DNA of 50,185 bases from Octopus bimaculoides (Eukaryota), in the NCBI RefSeq assembly GCF_001194135.2, contig NC_068981.1:16160393-16210577 (forward strand), read 5' to 3'. Below the pieces are notes generated by a model, which was not told where the DNA came from, searched no databases, and saw nothing but the letters and a program-made list of their open reading frames with translations. The position numbers and the translations under genes are program-made. Below, one piece after another: positions 34,344 to 46,690 of this stretch. Position 1 is the first letter of the stretch, and each line of letters begins with the position of its first letter.

Positions 34344-36465
34344 TTGTGTGTGTATGTGTGTGTGTTTGTGTGTGCGCGTGTGTATATATATATATGTATG
34401 TGTGTGCTGTGCATATATGTGTGTAAAATCCTTTGTTAGTACAATTCAATATAATATAGCCTTATAATTCTGATATATCCAGAGTTGGCCAACAGGCAAA
34501 CGTTTGCATGGTTTCATCTAAAATACTTTTTCCACAACTTTGATTACGTGAAGTCATGCCCAGGTAGTCTATAATTGTTAATTTTCTCTTAGATGTGAAT
34601 GAAATGATAATAGTCTTCCAGTTGATTAACACAAATTTATTGTGGTTCAGATATCAGCAATTCATTAGTAAATTATTTGATATTTCCCTAACTAGCATGC
34701 ATTTATTTTTATTAAGACATAATAATAATCTTTCTACACCAATTGATGGCTACAAAAATAGAACGAAATCAAGAACAGAGAAACAAATGATTTTGTGATT
34801 TGAAGCTAAAAGGGTGGGGTTAATGTCAATTTTTTTTTTATACCTCAGTTATTATATCGTAAGATGTAAGAGAAACTTTGTCAAATTAGATCCGAGAAAA
34901 GAAGAAATATTTAAAGAGTGGGATAGATGGAACTAAATCGATATATTTTAGCTATAAATCCATGGAGAACATAACCGACTTTCTAAAGATTTGAACTCGG
35001 AGAATACAAGATGAGAACTAACAGTCATGCAATTATACCGATTTTACCTCATGAAATATGGAAATTTATTTCTGAATATTTCATTAAAATTTCTGAGCTT
35101 ATCTAACTGCATTTCTTACAGCATTTGATTATATCTATGTTTTAAGTTCATTTTACCGTATTTTACTTAAATTTCCAACTTTATTTTGTTTTTGTTTCAA
35201 TGAAATATGTATCATTCCAATTTAAAATTCATAGTTGGATACTTTTTATGAGGCAATCTCTGTATAAACATGTCTGTGCCATGTATATATATACAGAGCT
35301 ACAGTGCGATAGACTATGCGGAGCATGAGAGTTGATGCAGTACTTTGACAGTAGGGATTTTGTAAATACGGTTTACTTATTAAAGAATAATATATCCATA
35401 TACTTTTTTTTCAGCTTTAGAATATTTTAAATTGTAACCTTCTTAGTTTGGCTGTGAATTTAAAACAGCTCTGAGAATGTGTAAATCAGACGTATTGGCC
35501 TCGTCTATTCTTATTCATAGCCGTTATTGTGAGATGACTGGGTTTAGATTCAAAAGTTATTCATTTATTGGCTATTCAGAAACGACCTCTAATGATCTTA
35601 CATCATTACGTTGATAGACGTACATTAGAAGGTCAGACAGGCGGTCAATTCCTTTCGCAAAGGCATAGAATTCTTACTGGTCCGTTTTATCAGTTTTCAA
35701 ATGAAACAGCTGCATTTATCATTTCCCAAAGTATACCAGGAGATAAAATTTCTTTATTTTTCTTTTATATTTAACAGGTATTTTACTGTTTAACTTCAAC
35801 ATGAGAGTTCCTCAGCAACGGTCTATCTTTAACTTCGACCTATACAACTGTGCAAAATTTTCTTCTCTTCAAACCCGCATTCGATTCTTTTAAATACTTT
35901 TCAGCATTCAATTGTTACGAATTTCCTTAGAAATCATCCACTATACTAAGTCTTATTCTTTAAAAACTTAAATAGAATCAGTACAATGCGAGTGCTACTA
36001 TAAGGTTACTCAAAATATTAGAAATAAATATTAAATCACCCTTAAATCACATCAGCTGCCATACAAATGGAGGAGATATTAAATAATGTAGTTCGGGATA
36101 CATTATGTCCACAGTAAAAGTAATTTAGGAAATTTCAGACTATAAGTACGATTCTAACCATATTAAAACACAAAACTTTTAATTTATTTTCCAGTTATTT
36201 CTTGTAGTTTCAAAAGTGTTCTTCGCATCACTGGATTTTCCACTATGTATTTGCGTCAGTTTCAAAACACCGTCTCAGGTCAAGACAGCTGCTAGTCAAC
36301 CACAGTTCCAAAAATAGAAGAGACATGCTTTGATCATAAGACTTGTTATATCGAGGCTGACCTTTTGTTAAGCATCACGAGCATCTAAATAAATTTGGTC
36401 ATTTGCAACTTTCTTTTAACTGTAACATTTTTACTGCTCAAAATAATTCTGATAATAATCTATTG

Positions 36466-37170
36466 TATTGGGTCATCCCACAAATTATGCAGTTTTTAAA
36501 TATTTTTCAAAATTAAGATAAACAAAGTTCTTTTTTAATCTAGAATATACTCTCCTTCATTTTCTACAATGCTCTTCCATCTATCTGGTAGATTTGCAAG
36601 GCCCCTCTTCTAAAATTCACTTGTCCGTGACGAAAAATATTACTCCAGTATTGTTCTGACCTCGTCTGGAGAATTCATATTTTTTCCCGTCCAAATGATT
36701 TTGAAGACTGCGGAATAAATGATAATCAGATGGGGAAAAGTCCGGCGAATATGGTGGGTGGGACATCGTTTCCCATTCAAACTGCTCCAGCCTTTGAAAT
36801 GTCATCTTCACTGTATGTGGCTGAGCATTATCCTGATGGAATAACATCTTTCGTCTTTAAACCAAAGATGGCAGTTTTTCTTCTAGTGCTGACTTAAACC
36901 GCTCAAGCTGCTTGCAGTCGATCTCTTTTGTTATCCTTTGATGTGGATTTAAAAGTTCAAAGTTTACTAAACCTTTTATATCCCACCTAACAGATAGCAA
37001 CACATTATGTGGGTGAAAACCTTCTCTAGCCAGGGGTGCTGGTGTTTCTCCTTTCCCTACCCACTGACTTCGGCGCTTTACGTTTTTATAGAAAACACAT
37101 TTCTCATCACCAGTCACTATTCGGTCAAAAAAAAGCTTCATTCGTGTTTTCTCCAACCGGTCTCGATACG
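36466..37170 (-). mobile_element. Mariner (DD34D) transposon, 3' portion with one TIR; transposase pseudogene
   Basis: FFDRIVTGDEKC, HQDNAQPH, HPPYSPDFSPSDYHLFRSLQNHL and KRGLANLPDRWKSIVENEGEYILD*, with stops and frameshifts. Terminus TA|TTGGGTCATCCCACAAATTATG at 36466-36489. Confidence 0.93.
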
Positions 37171-37263
37171 CAGAAGACCTGAGCAGACAGGAGAGTATAG
37201 TACAAGACATTTAAGCATAGTGTTGTGCAATAGAATCGAATCCAGATGCTCATCGACACACCT

Positions 37264-37698
37264 GTTCTTTTTTTACTTTAGGCACAAGGCCAGAAATTTT
37301 GAGGCAGGGGGCCAGTCCATTAGATCGACCCCAATACGCAACTGGTACTTAATTTATCGACTCTAAAAGGATGAAAGGCAAAATCGACCTCGGTGGAATT
37401 TGAACTCAGAACGTAAAGACAGCCGAAATACCGCTAACCATTTCACCCGGCGTGCTAACGTTTCTTATTTGTTTATTGCCCAGAAGGATCTAAACATAGA
37501 GGGGACAAACAAGGGCAAACAAAGGGATTAAGTCGATTACATCGACCCCAGTGCGTAAATGGTACTTAATTTATCGACCCCGAAAGGATGAAAGGCAAAG
37601 TCGACCTCGGCTGAATTTGAACTCAGAACCTAAAGACTGCCGAAATACCACTAAGCATTTCGCCCAGCATGCTAACGTTTCTGCCAGCTAGCCGCCTT
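37264..37698 (-). mobile_element. Young dimeric SINE family A copy with 14-bp TSD TCATCGACACACCT (37250-37263, 37699-37712)
   Basis: The minus strand has a full head aaggcggctagctggcagaaacgttagc, then a second monomer restarting at gaaacgttagcacgccggg, and an A-rich tail aaagtaaaaaaagaac. The TSD is read directly. Confidence 0.92.
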
Positions 37699-39454
37699 TC
37701 ATCGACACACCTATTGCTGCGTACATGATTTCGAGTGTAGCTATATGCCTTTATTTTTATGATAACATCCGTAACTTTAAATGTAAGATGAAAACATAAC
37801 ATCTAATACAACTACTATTCAAAATTACATAAAAAGCATGATTTATCTTAGCTAGAAAGCTGCACTTTGCAAACGAGAGACAAACCGGATTGCGTACGCA
37901 ATGACAACAACAGCTGAAGTAATGAGAACTCTACAGGAATCAGAAATTAAGGTAGAAGTTACATAAATGAAGATTCCGACATTGTGTCTATTAACATCGA
38001 TTTCGAATGACAACTCCATATATATTAATGCTATATGTATAATTAGCGCTGGAGAAATAACAACATTCTGAATCAAAATACTACTTGTTCGCTTACCTAC
38101 TCGTTACAAAGATAAGAAACGAAGAGATGTGATGTACACCAAGTAATAAACAGTCCATGAAATGTAATACAAGCAAGAATTACAGAGGTTAGACCGATGA
38201 AGATCTTCGAACACAAGAAATCAATTTCGGACTTATATGAATGATATTGTAGGATGTAAACGAATACAAACTAAATGCGATAAATTTACATTTGTCTAAC
38301 TTAATAGAATAATAAATACTTAACTTGTGGAATCAACTTAATAGGCAGATTGAAATGCGGAGGAATTTGAAAAACGAGAAATGCTGTGAAGTCGTCAGCA
38401 AGGAACCAAGTAATGGAAGGATCAACCAGAATGCTGGTAAGTTTAAATGGCAGGAAGTGTGCGTTGACTTAAGATCTGAAGAATGGGAGAAATAATATAT
38501 AAAAGAATGTTGGCCATGAAAGAGGGAGAAATACCACAGAACTTAGTCAATTTATAATTATTTCCTGTTATCCTTTATTTTTCCACCAAAGATATTTATA
38601 TTTATTTCATTTTATCTTTCATTTTGTCCACCCGAGGTATTTTGTCACCCCTGATATAATAATATAGTATCCCAGGGAATATACAGTTTTCTTCATTTGA
38701 TGCCACAACATATATTTATTACCTCCTGTACTGATTCAAGTGTAAAACTTCAGACCTTGAAGTATTTATTTCCGCACTTCCTGTTCTGAGTCCAAATCCC
38801 ATCGTGGTTTCCTTGGATGCTAGAGTTAATGCACTTCTCACTTTCGCAGCGACATTTTTGCACCTGAGTACTTTTAGCAAAAAAGTCCACACCGTTACAT
38901 GTATTCAAGCCAGGTCTTTCCTTTTATTATATTTTTTCCTTCCTACCTTCCTCAAGTCAGAGACGCCCTGTCAAATGGTCATACGTGCTGTTTTACTCCT
39001 CATTATGATACCCACCACGAATTATATGTCATTCTAAAAACAAAACCAATAAAACTTTGTATTTCAATGGATAAGAAGTCAGAAAAAGCACCGCGCAGGT
39101 TTGTCTAAAATGTAACCGCTAACTGACGTTAAGGTTGATTTCGAAAGATTATGTTATACAGTCTGCAAGCTCCATTTTACGAAAGTAAAATATTACTGTT
39201 TTAATAGAATCAGCCAAGCAGAGGATTATATTACTGTGACATATTCTCTGCTTCTCAGGTTTATTTGTATTATTCTTAGGTGTACAATGAACTTTGGGAT
39301 ACAATCAAGGTCAAAGACAACTACAGAGATTAATGATGGTTTCGAAACTATATTATTACTTTTCGAAGTAAATCGAATATCCAGTCATTGCTTTAAGTTA
39401 TATTTTTAACCATACATCCTTCTTTGCCTGAAGTCAAGATTAATTTTATTTCAT

Positions 39455-39667
39455 AAGGCAGCGAGCTGGCAGAAACGTTAGCACGCCGAGCGAAATGCTT
39501 AGCAGTATTTCGTCTGTCTTTACGTTCTGAGTTCATATTCCGCCGAGGTGGACTTTGCCTTTATCATTTCGGGGTCGTTAAATTAAGTACAAGTTGCATA
39601 CTAGGGTCGATCTAATCGACTGGACCCCTCCCTCAAAATTTCAATATTTGTGCCTAGAGTAGACAAG
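39455..39667 (+). mobile_element. Young monomeric SINE family A copy
   Basis: aaggcagcgagctggcagaaacgttagcacgccgagcgaaatgcttagc...ggggtcgttaaattaagtac...gtgcctagagtag. Confidence 0.9.
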
Positions 39668-42600
39668 TTTATTAATTCTATCTCTCAATTTATAATATTT
39701 ATATGTTTCTCTTTATCATATGTAACAAGTATTATGCACTTTTGAAAATCCTTCTTCAAATGATACCTTATTTATATCCCCACAACTCACTCACCTACTT
39801 ACCTCAGTTAGGTAGTTCAATCAGGCGTTGTATCTGTTTTATTAGATACTATAATATTCATGTTTACATAATATATAGAAGAGAATATTTAAATATATTC
39901 TTATCTATTGTGAAATGTTGCAGAAAAATGGTAATGCTTGTCCCTATGACTTATAAAAATAGAAAGACTAATAGATATTTAGAAAACTGCTCTGCTGCCA
40001 AAGATAGTTTAAGATGAGTGGCTTTACACCATAGCTTCCTCTATAAAAAAATAATTAAATAACTAATATTTACTTCATATTAATATTTTTTTCGCTGCTG
40101 TTCAACTAATAAACATTGAATCCTTCAAAGTGTCAGAACCAATTGAATGCTCTTCATTGATTTTCATTTGTGCTAATGTTTGGTTTGATTTTTGATTTCT
40201 TTTAGAGATGGTTAGACGAGATTTGAATGAAAAATTGATAGTCTGACAACAGAATTTAAATGAAAGACTTTTATTTTTTTTATGAAATCGCAAATATCGG
40301 CATCTTTTAACTAATCAAAATAGTTCAACATAATATTGGAGGGAACATGGAAGTTTGTGTAATTCATGATTTTTTTTTCATATTATTTCAGACGAACGTA
40401 TATTGAACTGACATCAAACAAGAATTATAATAATTTTGTTGTCTCGAATTGCTACTACTTACCTTTTATCCTTCACTGCTTCCTTGCTAAAATAGTTGAT
40501 ATTGTGTCATTACTGCGATGTACCTATATACGTTTTAATGTGAGGCGTATACTCGACAGACACGACTTACTATCTAACTGATAGTTACTTGGTGAATTCG
40601 ATGAAGTAAAAGAATTGAATTCTGAATTCAGGTCGTAACATTTTCGAACTAAGCACTGCAAATCTATTGATTCGTGCTACCTTATTTCTATTGGTGTTAC
40701 ATGAAATAGTTCTGCTTGATAATGAGGGTAATAAAGGAATCTATTATTTTGTTGTATCACTTACAAAGTACAAATGTGAGTGCAAAGTCTTTGACATAGT
40801 GACGTAATGCAAGCAGTTCTCCTCACAATCGAAATTATATCATCATTGGATCTCTTCTTCGATAATTTCTAATTTGTTTAGATTCAAATGATGTTACTTA
40901 AATGTTGTAGTTTATTTGGAAATTGTTATTTAGGAGCATGGCAATACCGTGGGACTTGTTGGAATACGCAGACAAAGAACCTTCAAGAATTATGTTGTGG
41001 CTGCTGAAACAGGATTTAGATGGGTCAGATTGAAAAGTGCTGATTGGTAGTGTCAGCAGATTGCCACTTGGACACTGGTCTAAGCTTGATCGACCTAGAT
41101 TGAATGACCTTGATGAGAGTACATGTTATTTGTCCCAATACATTCAGTAACACCCAGGGTACACACATTTATGACATGAGTAGATGTAAGCTGAATTACT
41201 ACTACTAAAACAAACTGTTTCCATATCTCGCGGTATAAATTATCTTATCGGTTCCGAAGTAAGGCAGAGAATGCAACTGTAACCACAATGTGTTTCGAAC
41301 TCGGAGCTTTAATAACAGTATACAACCTTGTAATATGTTTCTTTCATATCAGCATTACTGTCACAGTTAACTTCACAACGTTTTATTGGAAATTTGTAAT
41401 GTTTATTTCACAAGTATTTTGTAACCCAAAAGAGGAAATTTATATTTGTCTGTGAAATATATTGAGTTGTGATGAAAGCTAGGAAAAACAAGGGCAACAC
41501 ATGCTAGCGTTTCAAACTGAGAATATTATGTAGCTGGACATCATTTCCTTTTGTAATTGTCGGCGTGTGATTTACCATGAGCACTAAGTAAAACAGTGTT
41601 TTCTATATCCGCTCACTGGAAGAGAGATAAGTATAATGACAAATGTTGCATCTCACTTCAAATTGGAGCGAAAGAAAAGCTATTGAGATTACATGTTCAG
41701 TGATAGGGTCAACGATATTGCATCCGTAAAATATCGAAGCGAACGATAAAAACGTCAAACTCTTCATCCATGATAGCGTTGTTTAGTCATTTGACAACTG
41801 GTGTGTCAAACGCAAGTAGACGGCAGATTCACTAGCGTTTATTACTTTGCCTTTGTTTCGCAATAAATCGATATGAATTGCAATCCCTTATCGAGAAGCG
41901 ATCGATCTCGGAATACAATTGCTGTATACAGTTAACAAAGGCCGAGCGGAAGGTTTCAAAACTTTAATGGTGTCTTACATGGAAGAAATTGATCATCGGA
42001 TTAAGATAGAAAGACTAAGATTATTTGAAGTTTAATACGTCGGAAGGCATCGAGTTTGCAATACAAAATGGGTGTTATGACCGCTTCTTTTACCTGACTT
42101 CGTGGCTAAATTATTGAATTCTATAGAAAGAACTGATTCAATATCAGATTACGTATAATAAGGCGTCCATATTTCTAGCCTCACCATCACCACCAGCGTA
42201 ATTTCTCTGGAAAATCGAATCGACTTAAATGCATTTTCTCGAGATGTGTCTCTCTGTCCGTTCCTGGGTCTTGCAATGGCATCACAGATTCCAAAGATAA
42301 TGAGTTCACATCGGTTCATAACTGACAGTTATAAGATGAAACAGAATCTTAAGATAATATACGGCAGTTTACGGAGGAAGGACCATAATTTCAATCTATT
42401 TTACGATTTTGACGTCTTAGTTATATTAGCACAACCTATCATTCTTTCTTTGGTCCTATATTAACAAGTACATCAAACATTATCGGTTACCGATAAAAGA
42501 ATTAGCGAATATAAGGGAAAGAATAATGAAAGGCAAAATCTTGGATTTCATAGATATATACAATCTTTTATTTCTTTACTGGTTTTAGCCTTTCACTTGT

Positions 42601-42854
42601 GACTATGGCGGTTCACATTGTATGTACGTAAGCGTGTGTATGATGTACGTATCTATGTATTATGTATGTATCATGTATATATTTATGTACGTATAGAGTG
42701 GATATTGGTAGACGCGAGTAGTTCAAAACAGTATTGAAAGCCAACGGGTTAGAGTTGTTTATGATTATGACGGCTGGCACTTCTGATATAACTAATGTGT
42801 GTGTGAGTGTGTATGCGCGTGTGTGCGCGCACACGATCGTTTGTACATGTATCA

Positions 42855-42886
<32 letters not shown>

Positions 42887-42909
42887 TATCTCTCTCTCTC
42901 TCTCTCTCT

Positions 42910-42954
<45 letters not shown>

Positions 42955-43075
42955 NNNNNNNNNNNNNNNNNNNNNNNNNNNNNNNNNNNNNNNNNNNNNN
43001 NNNNNNNNNNNNNNNNNNNNNNNNNNNNNNNNNNNNNNNNNNNNNNNNNNNNNNNNNNNNNNNNNNNNNNNNNNN

Positions 43076-43126
<51 letters not shown>

Positions 43127-43134
43127 TGTGTGCC

Positions 43135-43260
43135 AAAGAAGGACCGATAGAATAAGTACCAGGCTTAGAAATAATAAGCACTAGGGTCGATTCGTTCAAC
43201 TAAAATTATGCAAAGCTGTGCCCCAGCATGGACATATTCTGATGACTGAAACAATTAAAG
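43135..43260 (+). mobile_element. 3' part of SINE-like family C
   Basis: accgatagaataagtaccaggctt...gggtcgattcgttcaactaaa...ccagcatgg...atgactgaaacaattaaag is a reverse-complement match to 21649-21788. Confidence 0.7.
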
Positions 43261-43620
43261 GATATTTATACACACGCATGTGTATGTATGCGTAGATATA
43301 TTCCTCTCTCTCTCTCTCTATCTCTGTCTCTCTCTCTCTCCCTCTCTCTATCTCTCTCTCTCTCTCTCACACTCCCTCTGTGTATATAGATAGATAGATA
43401 GATATAAATTTATATAAATAATGTTAGTTAAAATAAAGATCATATCAAATGGCCAGCATGGGAATAAAAACCATACATGTAATAATTATTATCAAAATTA
43501 TATTTGAGGGTAGCTAAAAGATACCACCATGCTAGAGATAGCAGTCAAAACTTGACTCTAAAACCACATCAAGTATTCATACATGTCTGGATACTTTTAG
43601 CTACCCCGAATTATCATTTT

Positions 43621-43677
<57 letters not shown>

Positions 43678-43869
43678 TATAAAAGTGCGTACTCGTATGA
43701 GTGAGTGTGTGTTTATGTTTGATGTGTGTGTGTGTGTGTATGTTTGTGTGACCTACACGTGATACCAGTTCAATTTGACTCCACAGGTCGGTTTTGTTCG
43801 GGTATTGGATGAATACTAGCAGAGTGGTTTCCTTACTCTCTGCGCCTCGCCGACAGCTCAGGCTGAGGT

Positions 43870-44140
43870 CACTTCCATGTTTGTAGAGTTTATCTCAAAA
43901 TGATATCATCACTTGGTAGTCCTGCCATGCCATGGATTTCTGGAGATCATCCAATGGTCCAGGCCCCAAACTCCTCCGCAATAGATAGTTGATACTGATG
44001 TTGCTATTCCTGCAGGTGTAGTTTGTACGCTCTCAATGTTCTTCTTGTAGTTGTTTTATTTGAGGTGTGGGATGCAGACGGTGCCGCCATACTTTTTGCC
44101 TCCTATTATGTATAGAAGGCTTTCATGTGATTGGTATCAC
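43870..44140 (-). mobile_element. Possible very old CR1/L2-type LINE 3' remnant
   Basis: The minus frame KYGGTVCIPHLK*NNYKKNIESVQ ... RNPWHGRT loosely resembles EYxxxVWSPHxKxDIxxLExVQ. Highly decayed. Confidence 0.35.
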
Positions 44141-46185
44141 TACTTATATAACACGATTGTCTTTTGCCACTCCCGCCATCACGTGGAGTTCTGCTTTATT
44201 CGGCAGAGTAATTGAATAGAGGATTTTTTCAAGTATTCTAATTTAACTGAAATAGGACCACAAGTCCTATTTCGGATAATTCCTCTGTCTTTTTTTACAG
44301 CAAAGACAATACCGGATTTACAGCTACATTGGAATATCAAATATTTTCACACTAATTACATGTATTCTTTAGTAAACGAGAAAAATACAAATGTCGGATC
44401 TAGATGGCTTGGCTGCCAGCTTCATTTTCTGTTTGAATTGATTTCACATTCACTATAATGATACACTTTTACAGGTTAATGAATGACGTGAAAATCATTT
44501 TCGCTATAAATTAATAAATGAATAGTTAGTAGCAATTAAAGTTTGAAAACTTTGGGATCATTTTAGCCAATCGTAAGACACATTCGTAACTGTTTCCATA
44601 GTAACAAGCCAAATATGAGAACTGTCTTGTCAGTGAAAAAGCACGTGTGTTGACAAATATATTCTACGCGATGCCACACGCGCTGACGCTGTGTTCTCTC
44701 GCTTGTATCCTGGTCGTGAGATGTGCTAGAACAGCTAAATAGGCCTTAAATCACGCCCCCACCCATTTAAAAAAAATATTTGTACAATCCCATGAAATCC
44801 TGTGTGTAGAGTACAAATTAGCAAAACTTTTCTGACAATTTCAAATTTTAAAAATGTTATAAGGATTTATATATTGTTCGTTAAGCAGAATGTGATTTGT
44901 TTACAGTTTCATGTAAAAACACGTGCTATTTTCAGAATGTTGACAACACGTGCAGTCACGCACTAAATTACAGCTTCCAAATCTTGTTTCCTGACTGGGT
45001 GAAAACGATCAAATTTCAAACCTCTATAACATTTTAAAATCATTTTCTGGAAAAAGTGAAGTAACTGCTGCGATTCAGCTTGAAAAACTATATTAATATG
45101 CCAAATTTTAAAATTTTAGTGCTGGCAGCCAAACCAACTCATGCCTAATCCCCACAGAGAAAAAACTGAATGCTTTGCTTCGAGGACTTCGTTTATAAAT
45201 TGCACAAGGGCTGAATATTTCAATCTAGTGCAATTCCTCTAAATCTGCCCATATTTCTCGCAAACACTTTTCCACCTGAACATGTGTAGCTATGTTCACG
45301 TGTCGGTTTCTCAGTGAGATTCTCCTGTAAAATATTGTCTATCTGGTAGAGTTTTTCAGTTGGTGTTCCTGTACAAATTAAGCGGCTGTGTACAGATTTT
45401 TACAAGATGCTCTGCTTTGATGCAAATGAGTGTCTACAGGGGGCAGAGATCAGTATGATAATGGTTGCTGCTTTGCAAAGGATTTCTCCTTCTGGTGTTG
45501 ATTTAGGAGATCACACACTCAGTCGTTAGAGGACAGCGATAACTGTTAGAGATAACAGATATAGCAGCAGCGATGAGAGTGCTTACTTTGTTGCTGTACA
45601 TTGATTCGCAATTTTTGTTACTGTTCTTGTTGTTGCTGAGGGTTAGTAATTACTGCGGCGGGGTGAAGGTGGTAGCGGCAGCGAATTTATGCTTTTATTG
45701 TCATGCTTTATTTTTGTTGCTGTTGCTGCGGAGGCGGCGATGGTTCTCTTGCAGATGGTAGCGTTTAGGAGTAGGTTGTTGTTGTTGTTGTTGATGTTGT
45801 TTTTGTAGCTGTACTGCTTTTCCTGTTCGTAATGTTTTCTATTTTCTTTTTTACACTTTGTAAATTGAGGAGAAATAATAATTCTTTCATTGATTGACTT
45901 GGTGGCCCACACTCAATTCAACAATATCTGCCACTGCCCTATTAATGTGGTTGGTTATAAAGAAGATCGCTATCTTTAATATTTGTGGTTTTTGAAAACC
46001 AAAATTTCAAAATTTTTTCTGAATTTTTTTGCCATGAATATGCAAGAAAGAAGATTTCACCAGCCCATTGGGCGCCTGATCACTTTAACAAAGGTCGAAC
46101 AACAGATATGAGCAATGAAAATGTGTTTGTATATACAAATAAATAACGCTTATGAAAACACCCGAATGTTGCTGCTACAACCATA

Positions 46186-46198
46186 AATGATGATGATA

Positions 46199-46235
<37 letters not shown>

Positions 46236-46287
46236 CGATGATAACAATGATAATAATAATAATAATAAATAGTAATAATAATAATAA
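46186..46287. repeat. (GAT)n then (AAT)n microsatellite
   Basis: Direct reading. Confidence 0.95.
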
Positions 46288-46289
46288 AT

Positions 46290-46612
46290 CCCTTAAAATT
46301 TGAAATTACAAGAATTTGGAATATGAAACTTGTAAAGGTTGTGTCTATAATAAATAGTGCATTGGGAACTGTTAGCAAAGATATAGACAAATGGATTAAG
46401 GGGGTTGGAAGAGGAGACCCTGTAGAACTTCTAGAGAAAATTTGCCTCTTAGGGACAGGAAAGATTATCAGGAGAGTTCTCAGCGATGAAAGTCTATTCA
46501 AAGATTGTGGATACCTAAGTTTACAAGTAGTAGCCCGCTACCCATATACATTCTACCAGGAATAAGAACGACCCTGAGTAAAATCAATAATAATATTAAT
46601 AATAATAATAAT
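46290..46612 (+). mobile_element. 5'-truncated R4/Dong LINE (endonuclease C-terminus, 3' UTR, TAA tail) inserted in a TAA tract
   Basis: LKFEITRIWNMKLVKVVSIINSALGTVSKDIDKWIKGVG..PVELLEKICLLGTGKIIRRVL matches the R4/Dong restriction-like endonuclease end (GALG...LQKxxLLGTAxILR). (TAA)n lies on both sides (about 46250-46287 and 46586-46612). Confidence 0.85.
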
Positions 46613-46614
46613 TG

Positions 46615-46690
46615 ACACCGAAAGGAAAATTTGAAATCGGCGGAATTTGAACTCAGAATGTAACGCCATATGAAATGCTGCGAAATAATA
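46615..46690 (-). mobile_element. Short SINE family A fragment
   Basis: gacaccgaaagg...tcggcggaatttgaactcagaatgta. Confidence 0.65.

Larger units (their letters stand above)
1338..43075. other. Assembly gaps (N runs) at 1338-1655, 3623-3632, 4545-4782, 20844-21625, 22454-22463, 23190-23249, 25837-25846, 26661-27201, 30081-30311, 32326-33145 and 42955-43075
   Basis: Direct reading. Nearly all abut (TA)n, (CA)n or (GA)n tracts, typical of short-read scaffolds. Confidence 0.98.

Noticed and set aside
1265-43199. Long ORFs of 100-370 aa in the track (YIYI, HTHT, CVCV, SLSL, X runs)
   Set aside because: They are translations of dinucleotide microsatellites and N gaps, not proteins.
43240-43254. 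ctgatgactgaaac, resembling hammerhead CUGAUGA...GAAAC
   Set aside because: No room for helix II, and the homologous SINE copies read caaatgactgaaac or ctaatgactgaaac, so the CUGA is a chance mutation.
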